Origin: Candidatus Binatota bacterium
GTDB taxonomy: Bacteria > Desulfobacterota > Binatia > JACPRU01
Length of the DNA stretch: 59,036 bases
Assembly: GCA_034666665.1 (NCBI GenBank)
Contig: JAXDLK010000005.1
Location: forward strand, 1-59,036
Direction: 5' to 3'
Positions 26,655-34,923 of the stretch are shown one piece after another. The notes beneath the pieces are model-generated. The model saw nothing but the letters and a program-made list of their open reading frames with translations, was not told where the DNA came from and made no database searches. Positions within the stretch are counted from its first letter, which is position 1; every line of letters begins with the position of its first letter. Made by a program: the position numbers and the translations under genes.

Positions 26655-28058
26655 TCAATCTCCCGCGTCCATGACCCGCCGGAGGTGCTTGTAGAGCGTC
26701 TTGGGATCGATGCCGAGCATGCGGGAGGCGAGGCTCTTGTTGCCGCCGCAACGCTCGAGCGCCTGCCGGACGTACTCGCTGACCACGTCCTCGAGCCGCC
26801 GGAGCGGCATCGGTTCCGTCGGGCTCTGGCGCGGCGACGGTTTTGACCCGCGGACGCTGGCGGGAAGGTCGGAGAGCTCGACGAGTGGCCCCGGCGCGAG
26901 GATCAACACCGCGGCGACGCAGTTCTTGAGCTCGCGCACGTTCCCCGGCCAGGAATACGAACGGAGTGCCGCCATGGCCTCGGCCGAGAAATCGCGCACG
27001 TGGGTATCCCGAGCAGGGAATGCCGCGGTGAAATGGCGTACCAGCGGCTCGACGTCATCGACGCGTTCACGAAGCGGGGGCAACTCGAGCACCACCGCGC
27101 TCAAGCGATAGAAGAGATCCTCGCGAAAGCGCCCGGTGCTCACCTCCTTGCGAAGGTCCTTGTTCGTCGCTGCCACGACCCGGACGTCCACGTGACTCGT
27201 GCGGTTCTCTCCGACTCGCCGCACCTCGCCCGACTCGAGAGCTCGGAGCACTTTCGCCTGCACCGCGGGGCTCATGTCGCCGATCTCGTCGAGGAAGATC
27301 GTGCCGCCGTCGGCGGCTTCCATGAGGCCGGGGCGCCGCTCGTGCGCACCGGTGAAGGCGCCCCGCTGGTGGCCGAAGAGCTCGCTCTCGAGCAGCGCAT
27401 CGGGGATCGCGCTGCAGTTCAGCACCACCAGCGGCTTCTCCCGACGTCGCGACAGCTCGTGAAGCTCGCGCGCGATGAGCTCCTTGCCGGTGCCGCTCTC
27501 CCCCTGGATGAGGATCGGCGCATCCGCGGGGGCGACGCGCTCCACCTTGCCGAGGACCGCCCTCATTCGGGCGCTCACCGCCACCAGCGCTCCGGTGTCG
27601 CGCCGATCGGCCATCAGCATCTTGAGGGCGGCATTCTCGCGCTCGAGCCGGCGATAGCTGACGGCACGGTTCAGCACCGTCGCCAGCTCGGCGAGCCGGC
27701 ACGGCTTGGTCAGGTAATCGTAGGCGCCGGCCCGCATCGCAGCGACCGCGCTCTCGATCGTGCCGTGGCCGGTCAGCATCACGACCTCGGTGCCGGGGCT
27801 CTCCTGTTTCAGGCGCTGGAGGGTCTCCATGCCGTCCATCGACGGCATCAGCACGTCGACGATCGCGACGGCGAAATCCTCGGCGGCCGCCAGCGCCACG
27901 CCTTCACCGCCCGAGCCGGCGGTCTTCACGTGAAAGCCGAGCCGCGGCAGCTCGCTCGCGAGCATCGTCCGCATCATCTCCTCGTCGTCGACGACGAGGA
28001 CCCACGGCTCGAAGGCCGCGCGGCGCGCCCCGAGCGGGTCCGTCTCAGGCGCGGGCAC
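26655..28058 (-). CDS. Sigma-54-dependent Fis-family response regulator (NtrC-like)
   Basis: It has a REC domain (VLVVDDE...DVLMPSMDG) and an AAA+ domain (GESGTGKE, the GAFTGA loop, FLDEIG). A C-terminal Fis HTH reads GGNKSLASRMLGIDPKTLYKHL. Confidence 0.92.
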   Translation of the reverse strand: MPAPETDPLGARRAAFEPWVLVVDDEEMMRTMLASELPRLGFHVKTAGSGGEGVALAAAEDFAVAIVDVLMPSMDGMETLQRLKQESPGTEVVMLTGHGTIESAVAAMRAGAYDYLTKPCRLAELATVLNRAVSYRRLERENAALKMLMADRRDTGALVAVSARMRAVLGKVERVAPADAPILIQGESGTGKELIARELHELSRRREKPLVVLNCSAIPDALLESELFGHQRGAFTGAHERRPGLMEAADGGTIFLDEIGDMSPAVQAKVLRALESGEVRRVGENRTSHVDVRVVAATNKDLRKEVSTGRFREDLFYRLSAVVLELPPLRERVDDVEPLVRHFTAAFPARDTHVRDFSAEAMAALRSYSWPGNVRELKNCVAAVLILAPGPLVELSDLPASVRGSKPSPRQSPTEPMPLRRLEDVVSEYVRQALERCGGNKSLASRMLGIDPKTLYKHLRRVMDAGD

Positions 28059-29997
28059 GCAGCTTCTCGGCTTCCGCGAGCGCCAGGCGCACGACGAAGA
28101 CGGTTCCGGCGCCCCTCGCCGGATCGTGGAGCTCGAGCTCGCCGCCGTTCTCGCGGACGAGATCGTGGCAGAGCGACAGCCCGAGCCCGGTGCCCTTCTC
28201 GGGGGGCTTGGTCGAGAAGAAGGGCTCGAACACGCGCTCCCGGAGCTCGACCGGAACGCCGGCGCCGTCGTCTTCCACGCGAAGCTCCGCGAAGCCGGCG
28301 ACGGGGAGCGTGCGCACGGTCACCCGCCCTCCTCGGTCGATTGCGTCGAGCCCGTTCAATGTCAGGTTCAGGAGCACCTGCTTCAACTGCTCCGGATCGG
28401 CATCCACCCACAGTGGCTCGCTGGCGACCGCACCCGCAAGATGCTTGCCGCCGATCCGCGAGTGGTTCGCGAGAAGCTCGAGGACCTGTCGCGCGACGTC
28501 GTTCACGTCCATGCGGCGCTTCTGGGGTGATTTGCTGCGGGCGAAGTTGAGGAACTTCTGCACGATCGTCTTCAGCCGGTCGACCTCGTCGACGATCAAT
28601 CGCAGGTGTCCCGGGAAATCGGTGAACGAGGGTTCCGCCGCGAGCCGGGGGTCGGCCGCGCGGTCGAGGAGCCCCTCCGCGAATCCCGAGAGGATGCCGA
28701 GGGGATTGTTGATCTCGTGAGCGACGCCGGCGGCGAGCCGTCCGACCGCGGCCATGCGGTCCTGCCGGATCAGCATCTGCTGCGCGTCGGCGAGCTCTCG
28801 CGTTCGCACCTCGACCTTGCGCTCGAGCTCGTCGTTCCACCGTCGCAGCGTCTCGAGCAGGCGGCGGTTCTCGGCGAGCGCGTCCTCGAGCGCGGAGGTC
28901 CGTTCCCGCACCATCTCCTCGAGGTGGGCCGTCAGCTCGCGAAGCTCGCCGATCCGCTCCTTCAACGATCGGCGCATCGATTCGAACGCGCGCGTCAGCT
29001 CCTCGACTTGCGCGCCGCCGCTCGGCGGCGGCAGCGGCGCGTCGTAGTTCCCCGCCCCGAGCTCGTGGGCAGCCACGGCGAGCTCCGAAAGCGGCCGGGC
29101 GACGGAGCGTGTCAGCAAGAAGCCCGCGGCCAGCGCCGCGAGAAAGACGAACCCGGCCGTCAGCACCAGCCGGCGCTCGAGCGCGCGGAGCGCGAGGGCG
29201 TCGGGCGAGAGCGAGCGCAGGATCGCATACGCTCCGACCGGCTTCGGCCCGATGCCGACGAAAGGCCGGACGACCAGCGCCGGCGCCTTGCCGTGGAGCT
29301 CGACCTCGCCGTACGCCGGACGCACGCCCTCGACGCGCCCTGCGAGATCGGAGATGGCGGCCCGCTCGTGAGGCGAAAGCTCGCGAGAGGAGGCGACGAC
29401 GTCGCTGCCGACGAGGAACGCGATGTCGTTTCCCGACAGCAGCGAGAGCTCGGTGGCGAACCGGCCGTCGACGCGGAATCCCACGCTCAGCGTCCCGGCG
29501 AGGCCGGTCGGCAGCCGCAGCGGCACCGAGACCATCTGGTAGAGCTTGTCTTCGTGGATCCACATGCTGCTCGCGCGCTCGCCGCGGAGCGCCCGAGCGA
29601 CGCTGGTGGTCTCGTCGAAGATGTCGCCGAGCTCCCAGCGGCGGTCCGAGCGGCCGAGGATCACCCCCGAGCGATCCGTGATCAGCACCACCTCGGAGCC
29701 GACGAGACGGTTGATCTCGCGCGAGGCGTACTCCAGGAACGGCGGGTCCCACGTGTGTGCCGGCTCGTGGAGGACCGGCAGCCGGGTTACCAGCGACGCC
29801 GCGGTGATCAGCGCGTTCGCCCGCGTATCGAGCAGCTCGTCGAACACCCGCTGCGCGGTCTCGAGCTCGTCGCGAACCGTTTGCCGCACCTGGTTCGTGA
29901 CGTGCCAATCCACGAGCCACAGCGAGCCGATCAAGGTCGCCGCCACGAGCAGACCGAAGTATCCGAGAATGCGGCCTTGGAAGCCGATCCGGCTCAC
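28045..29997 (-). CDS. Sensor histidine kinase with a large periplasmic sensor domain and HAMP
   Basis: GTG start. It has a TM helix, a ~270-aa periplasmic domain, a second TM helix, HAMP and a coiled coil. The H-box is AAGVAHEINNPL and the HATPase boxes are DDGAGVP and GTGLGLS. It overlaps the RR gene by 14 nt. Confidence 0.88.
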   Translation of the reverse strand: MSRIGFQGRILGYFGLLVAATLIGSLWLVDWHVTNQVRQTVRDELETAQRVFDELLDTRANALITAASLVTRLPVLHEPAHTWDPPFLEYASREINRLVGSEVVLITDRSGVILGRSDRRWELGDIFDETTSVARALRGERASSMWIHEDKLYQMVSVPLRLPTGLAGTLSVGFRVDGRFATELSLLSGNDIAFLVGSDVVASSRELSPHERAAISDLAGRVEGVRPAYGEVELHGKAPALVVRPFVGIGPKPVGAYAILRSLSPDALALRALERRLVLTAGFVFLAALAAGFLLTRSVARPLSELAVAAHELGAGNYDAPLPPPSGGAQVEELTRAFESMRRSLKERIGELRELTAHLEEMVRERTSALEDALAENRRLLETLRRWNDELERKVEVRTRELADAQQMLIRQDRMAAVGRLAAGVAHEINNPLGILSGFAEGLLDRAADPRLAAEPSFTDFPGHLRLIVDEVDRLKTIVQKFLNFARSKSPQKRRMDVNDVARQVLELLANHSRIGGKHLAGAVASEPLWVDADPEQLKQVLLNLTLNGLDAIDRGGRVTVRTLPVAGFAELRVEDDGAGVPVELRERVFEPFFSTKPPEKGTGLGLSLCHDLVRENGGELELHDPARGAGTVFVVRLALAEAEKLRARA

Positions 29998-30067
29998 GTT
30001 TGGGGAAGTATAGGAAGCGGCTCCCGCCGGCGCAATTCGCCCGGCGCGGGGCGCTTCGCGCCGATCG

Positions 30068-30472
30068 TCAGCCGCCGGTGCCGCCGGATTCTTCCGCGGT
30101 CGCGCGGCGGGCGCAGTCGGTGATGTCCGACAGCTTGGATCCGGGTCCGAAGACGCCGGCGACGCCGAGCTCGCGCAGGCGCGCGGCGTCCTTCCGATGC
30201 ACGATTCCGCCGACGAGCAGTGGAACGCCGTCGAGCCCGATCGCCTGCATTTCCGCGATCAGACCGGTGACGACCTCGACCGGATCGCGGTCCATGATGC
30301 GGAGCGCGATCAGGTCGGCGTCTTCCTGCGCGGTCGCGGCGGCGATCTCCCGCGGGAGCTGCTGCCCGGTGACGATCACCTCGAAGCCGGCGTCACGGAG
30401 GGCCTGGGCGACGACGTAGTATCCGGCGGTGTGGCCGCGGGTGTCGCTCGCTAAGAGCACGCGACGAGTCAT
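30068..30472 (-). CDS. Cobalamin-binding small subunit of an acyl-CoA mutase (variant His loop)
   Basis: By eye it aligns with IcmB and the MutB C-terminus (ALRDAGFEVIVTG, QEDADLIAL, LLVGGI). The loop reads TRGHTAG where the canonical motif is DGHDRG (DxHxxG). Confidence 0.75.
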   Translation of the reverse strand: MTRRVLLASDTRGHTAGYYVVAQALRDAGFEVIVTGQQLPREIAAATAQEDADLIALRIMDRDPVEVVTGLIAEMQAIGLDGVPLLVGGIVHRKDAARLRELGVAGVFGPGSKLSDITDCARRATAEESGGTGG

Positions 30473-30535
30473 CGCCCGCTCCGGAAGAGCGGATGACGAA
30501 TGCCGGCGGAGAACGACAGGGCGTTCATCGCCGGG

Positions 30536-32173
30536 TCAATAGAGGCGGATCATGAACCCGCCGCGCTTGCGGAGCTCGGTCTCGCCGGCGACCGCGGCCA
30601 GGGTCTCCACGATCTCGCCGATCGACAGATATGCTTCCGCGGCTTCGAGCGTCGGCTCGACGATCGGTTCGCGCAGCCGGTACGCTTCCGCGAGCCGCCG
30701 ACGCGCCGCCTCGGCCCCGCCCGGATCCCGTTCGCGCTTCACGCGCTCGAGGCGCCGGATCTGCTTCTCCCGCCACGCCGGATCGTAGTCCGGCTCGGCG
30801 CGGTGCGAGACGGGGCCGAAGGAAGGCTCCTCCTCGTCCTCCTCGACGAAACAGTTGACGCCGACCACGGGCCGGCGGCCGTCGTCGATCTCGAGCTGAC
30901 GCCGGTAGGCGGCGTCACGCGTGCACGCGCTGATGTGTCTCCATGCCCCCTCGGCGGAGAGGCGACCGAGCTCCGCGAAGATCTCCCGGGCGCGGGATTC
31001 CAGCTCGTTGGTGAGCACTTCGATGGCCCAGGAGCCGCCGAGCGGATCGGCGACGGCGGTGACGCCGGACTCGAGCTGGATGATCTGCTGGGTGCGGACC
31101 GAGAGCGTCTGCGCGAGCTTCGAGGGAATCGTGAAGGCCTCGTCGAAGGCGTTCACCGACATCGATTGCGCGCCGCCGAGCGCCGCCGCCAGCGCGTGCA
31201 GCGTGGCGCGGACGACGTTGTTCAGCGGCTGCTGTGCGGTGAGCGCCACGCCGGATGTCTGGACGTGGAAGCGGAGCTGACAGGCGCGGTCGTCGGTCGC
31301 TCCGAGCCGCTCGCGCATGATCCGCGCCCACATCCGCCGGACGGCGCGGAACTTCGCCACTTCCTCGAGGAAATCGCTCTCCGCGTTCAGGAAGAACGTC
31401 AGCCGCCGCCCGACGCGGTTCACGTCGGCGCCGCGCTCCTTCGCCGTCGCTGCGGCGTACCAACCTTCGTACAGGCCGAAGGCGATCTCCTGTGCCGCGC
31501 TGATCCCGGACTCGCGGGTGTTGCGCACCGAGATCGAGGTGTGGTTCCAGCGCGGCAGGTGCTTCGCGCAGTACTCGATCACGTCCACGTAGTGGTTGCC
31601 GGAATACTTCGGCGGCTCGCCCCACGGCAGCACGTAATTCTGGATCGTGCCGGAGAGATCGGCGAGCGGGATTCCGCGTCGCTTCGCGGTCGCGAGGATC
31701 ATGCAGAAGGCGGGGATCGAGTTGCCGGTCTGGTTGATGCTCGTGCGCTCGATCGGCACCTCGCGGAAGACGAGATCGACGTCGTCGAGGGTGTCGACCC
31801 AGACGCCGCCGCGACCGACGAGGCCCGCCGCCCGCGGGTCGGACGACTCGAAATGCGCGTAGCCGAGTCCCGTCAGGCTGATGCCGGTCTGCCCCTCTCG
31901 CAGCAGGTAGCGCAGGCGCTCGTTGGTCTCCTCCGCGGTGCCGAGTCCCATGACCTGGCGAACGGTCCACTTGCGCCCGCGGTAGCCGGAGGGTCGCGTG
32001 CCGCGGGTGAAGGGATATTCGCCGGGGTTGCCGAGGTCGCGACCGTAGTCGAGCTCTGCGACGTCGGCCGGCGAGTAGAAGGACCCGAGCTCGACGCCGG
32101 AGGTCGTGACGTGTGCCGGAGGCGTTCGACCCGTTCCGTCCCGCGAGTCACTCACCGCGACCGAGGCTCGCAA
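30536..32173 (-). CDS. Methylmalonyl-CoA mutase family large subunit, strongly divergent
   Basis: Motifs seen: GEYPFTRG, SGTIQN, FLEEVAKFRAVRRMWA, HVQTSGVALTAQQPLNNVVR and SMSVNAFDEA. The start is uncertain (TTG 32173 or GTG 32155) and there is no clear SD. Confidence 0.8.
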   Translation of the reverse strand: MRASVAVSDSRDGTGRTPPAHVTTSGVELGSFYSPADVAELDYGRDLGNPGEYPFTRGTRPSGYRGRKWTVRQVMGLGTAEETNERLRYLLREGQTGISLTGLGYAHFESSDPRAAGLVGRGGVWVDTLDDVDLVFREVPIERTSINQTGNSIPAFCMILATAKRRGIPLADLSGTIQNYVLPWGEPPKYSGNHYVDVIEYCAKHLPRWNHTSISVRNTRESGISAAQEIAFGLYEGWYAAATAKERGADVNRVGRRLTFFLNAESDFLEEVAKFRAVRRMWARIMRERLGATDDRACQLRFHVQTSGVALTAQQPLNNVVRATLHALAAALGGAQSMSVNAFDEAFTIPSKLAQTLSVRTQQIIQLESGVTAVADPLGGSWAIEVLTNELESRAREIFAELGRLSAEGAWRHISACTRDAAYRRQLEIDDGRRPVVGVNCFVEEDEEEPSFGPVSHRAEPDYDPAWREKQIRRLERVKRERDPGGAEAARRRLAEAYRLREPIVEPTLEAAEAYLSIGEIVETLAAVAGETELRKRGGFMIRLY

Positions 32174-32198
32174 GGAAAAGCGCGGAACGCAACCGGGA

Positions 32199-33419
32199 TC
32201 AGGCGGATACGGGCAGCGACTTCAGGCCTCGGCTGACGATCGTGGGATGCCACTCCGGGTGTTCCGCCGTCACCCGCAGTCCGGGGAGTCTCTGGAGGAG
32301 ACGCGGGAACGTGAGCTGACCTTCGAGCCGGGCGAGCGGTGCCCCGAGGCAGAAGTGGATGCCGTAGCCGAATGCCAGGTGATCGTTGTCGCCCCGCGCG
32401 ACGTCGAGCCGCTCGGCGTCCGGGAAGCGCGCCGGATCGCGGTTTGCCGCCGCCTGCACCAGGAACACGCGCTGGCCCCGCCGGATCCTTCGGCCACGCA
32501 GCTCGTGGTCCTCGCTCACGTAGCGGACCATCACCTTGGACGGTCCGTCGTAGCGGAGGAGCTCCTCGACCGCCGAGGCGGCGAGCTCCGGGTGGCGCGC
32601 GAGCTTCTCGCGCTCGGCGGGATTTCGGTAGAGCGCGAGAAAGCCGTTCGCGAGCAGATTCGTCGTGGTCTCGTGTCCCGCGAAGAGCAGGAGAATGCAG
32701 GTCGAGATCACCTCGTCCGCCGTCAGCACGTCGCCTTTCTCCTCCGCGACGGAAAGCGCCGTCAGCAGGTCTTCCGTCGGCGCTCGCCGGCGACGGTCGA
32801 GGAGGTCTCGGAAGTAACCCTCGAGCGCGAGCAAGCCTCGCGTGGCGCGTCCGTGGCGGTCGGCGTCGCCGGAGGCGCCGAACACCAGGTTCATCACTTC
32901 GTTCGACCACTCGCGAAAGCGCTCGTGGTCCTCGGGCGGCACGCCGAGCATCCGCGCGATCACGATCGCCGGCAGCGGCGCGGCGAAGTCGCTCACGAAG
33001 TCGGACGCTCCGCGTCGCTCGAGCTCGTCGACGAGGCCGTCGACCGCCTCGACGATCTGCGAGCGCGATCGCTCGACGATCCGCGTGGTGAAGGCCATGT
33101 GGACGAGCCGGCGAAGGCGCCCGTGATCGGGCGGATCCTTGAAGACCATCCAGTTGCCGAGCAGCCGCACGATCGCATCGAAGGAGCCGCGATCCTCGGC
33201 GGCGACCTTCTCGTTGACGAACGTGTTCACGCGGTCGGCCGAGAGACGGGCGTCACGGAAGGCCTGCGTGACGTCGTCGTGGCGCAGCAGCATCCACGCG
33301 TGGTGCGCCTCGCTCCAGTGGACCGGATCTTCGGCGCGGAGCCTCCGGAAGTACGGATAGGGGTCGTCCACCCGCTCCGCGGTCAGCAGGTCGCCGCCGG
33401 TGCTCGTCGAGACGCTCAT
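32199..33419 (-). CDS. Cytochrome P450
   Basis: The I-helix reads LLLFAGHETTTN. EELLRY matches ExxR. The heme loop is FGYGIHFCLGAPLA. ATG 33419 overlaps the thiolase stop (ATGA). Confidence 0.92.
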   Translation of the reverse strand: MSVSTSTGGDLLTAERVDDPYPYFRRLRAEDPVHWSEAHHAWMLLRHDDVTQAFRDARLSADRVNTFVNEKVAAEDRGSFDAIVRLLGNWMVFKDPPDHGRLRRLVHMAFTTRIVERSRSQIVEAVDGLVDELERRGASDFVSDFAAPLPAIVIARMLGVPPEDHERFREWSNEVMNLVFGASGDADRHGRATRGLLALEGYFRDLLDRRRRAPTEDLLTALSVAEEKGDVLTADEVISTCILLLFAGHETTTNLLANGFLALYRNPAEREKLARHPELAASAVEELLRYDGPSKVMVRYVSEDHELRGRRIRRGQRVFLVQAAANRDPARFPDAERLDVARGDNDHLAFGYGIHFCLGAPLARLEGQLTFPRLLQRLPGLRVTAEHPEWHPTIVSRGLKSLPVSA

Positions 33420-34534
33420 CCGCCGAGCACCGCGACCACGCACGCGTTGGCATCGATGCCCGCGACTCCTCCGCCCATGGTCTCGACCACGCCCACGCGA
33501 GCATCCTCGACTTGGCGCTCGCCGGCCTCGCCGCGGAGCTGCCAGACGATCTCCGCGACTTGCGCGAGACCGGTGGCGCCGAGCGGATGCCCTCGCGAGA
33601 GCAGGCCGCCGGAGGTGTTCACCGGCTGCGAGCCGCCGAGCCCGAAGCGGCCGCTCTCGATCGCCGCCGCGCCTCGGCCGATCTCGACCAGGCCGAGAGC
33701 CTCGACCGTGACGATCTCGCCGATGGTGAAGGCATCGTGCACCTCGAGGACGTCGACATCGCCGGGCTCGATCCCCGCCTTCTCGAACGCGGCGCGCGCG
33801 GTGTCGCGCGCGACCTCGAAACCCCAGACGAACGGCGAGCGGTGGTCCCAGAGCTTGCCGGAACGGAGCACCGACGCCCGGATCGGCACGTCTCGAGCTC
33901 GCCGCGCGGGAGCGATCACCGCCGCGGCGGCGGCGTCGGCGATCGGGCAGCACTGCAGGAGCGTCAGCGGGTCCGCGATCATGCGCGAGGCGAGCACCTC
34001 CTCGATCGTGGTCTCGCGCCGGAACTGCGCCCGCGAATTGCCGACCGCGTGGCGGCGGTTCTTGACGGCGACCGCCGCGAGCTGCCACGGCTGCACGCCG
34101 AACTCGTGGCGATAGCGTGCCGCGGACATCGCGTAGAGGCCCGGCAGGGCCATGCCACTGCGTCCCTCCGGGTCGGTCGCCTCCGGATGGATCGCACCGT
34201 CGAAGAGCGTGCTCATCTGCTCGATGCCGAGCGCGAGCACGCGCTCGAAGCGGCCGGACGCGACCGCGATCCGGGCTTCGTGGAACGCCGACGTGCCGCT
34301 CGCGCAGGCGTTCTCGATCGTCAGGATCGGCACCTCGGTGATGCCGAAGCCGTGGAGCGCTCGCTGCGCCGCACCGGGCGCGGCGAAGACGCTGCCGACG
34401 TACACGGCGTCGACGGAGGTCACGCCGGCATCCGCGAACGCCTCCTCGATCGCCGTCCACGCGAGAGAGGCGAGGCTCCTCTGCGACTGCTTCGCGAACG
34501 CGGAGGTTCCGACGCCGCAAACCGCGGCGGTCAC
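33416..34534 (-). CDS. Thiolase family protein (SCP-x/archaeal-type, catalytic Cys retained)
   Basis: Motifs seen: ILTIENACASGTSAF and NTSGGLLSRGHPLGATG. The GTG start overlaps the DUF35 stop (GTGA). Confidence 0.88.
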   Translation of the reverse strand: MTAAVCGVGTSAFAKQSQRSLASLAWTAIEEAFADAGVTSVDAVYVGSVFAAPGAAQRALHGFGITEVPILTIENACASGTSAFHEARIAVASGRFERVLALGIEQMSTLFDGAIHPEATDPEGRSGMALPGLYAMSAARYRHEFGVQPWQLAAVAVKNRRHAVGNSRAQFRRETTIEEVLASRMIADPLTLLQCCPIADAAAAAVIAPARRARDVPIRASVLRSGKLWDHRSPFVWGFEVARDTARAAFEKAGIEPGDVDVLEVHDAFTIGEIVTVEALGLVEIGRGAAAIESGRFGLGGSQPVNTSGGLLSRGHPLGATGLAQVAEIVWQLRGEAGERQVEDARVGVVETMGGGVAGIDANACVVAVLGG

Positions 34535-34923
34535 GGGTCCTCCTCGACGACGAGGTCGCCGCCCGCGGAGATGCCCGTCAGTCGCACGCGAGTGCCGATT
34601 CGGAGCGGAGCGTCGGCTTGCCTTGCGGCGTGCGCGAGGATTCTCGGGCCGTCGTCCAGGTCGACGTAGGCCAGGGCGTACGGCGGCGTGCGGCCGGGAA
34701 CCGGGATGCGCACCACGGTGGACGACCAGACCGTTCCGAGCGGTCCGAACAGGTCTCCGGCGACTGCAGCGCCGCAAGCCGGACAGCGCAGGCGCGCGAA
34801 CGCCACCGGCAGGCGACACTCGGTGCAACGCACGCCCTCGATCCGCGAGCTGCCGTCTCCGTGGGCGATCAGCCGCGGGCGCGGGTCGGGAGCATCGCAC
34901 GGTCGTGGGGAGATCCCGGTCAC
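34531..34923 (-). CDS. DUF35 Zn-ribbon/OB-fold protein (thiolase partner)
   Basis: The rubredoxin-like ribbon reads CTECRLPVAFARLRCPACG and is followed by an OB-fold region (YALAYVDLDDGPRILA). The GTG start overlaps the RND stop (GTGA). Confidence 0.8.
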   Translation of the reverse strand: MTGISPRPCDAPDPRPRLIAHGDGSSRIEGVRCTECRLPVAFARLRCPACGAAVAGDLFGPLGTVWSSTVVRIPVPGRTPPYALAYVDLDDGPRILAHAARQADAPLRIGTRVRLTGISAGGDLVVEEDP

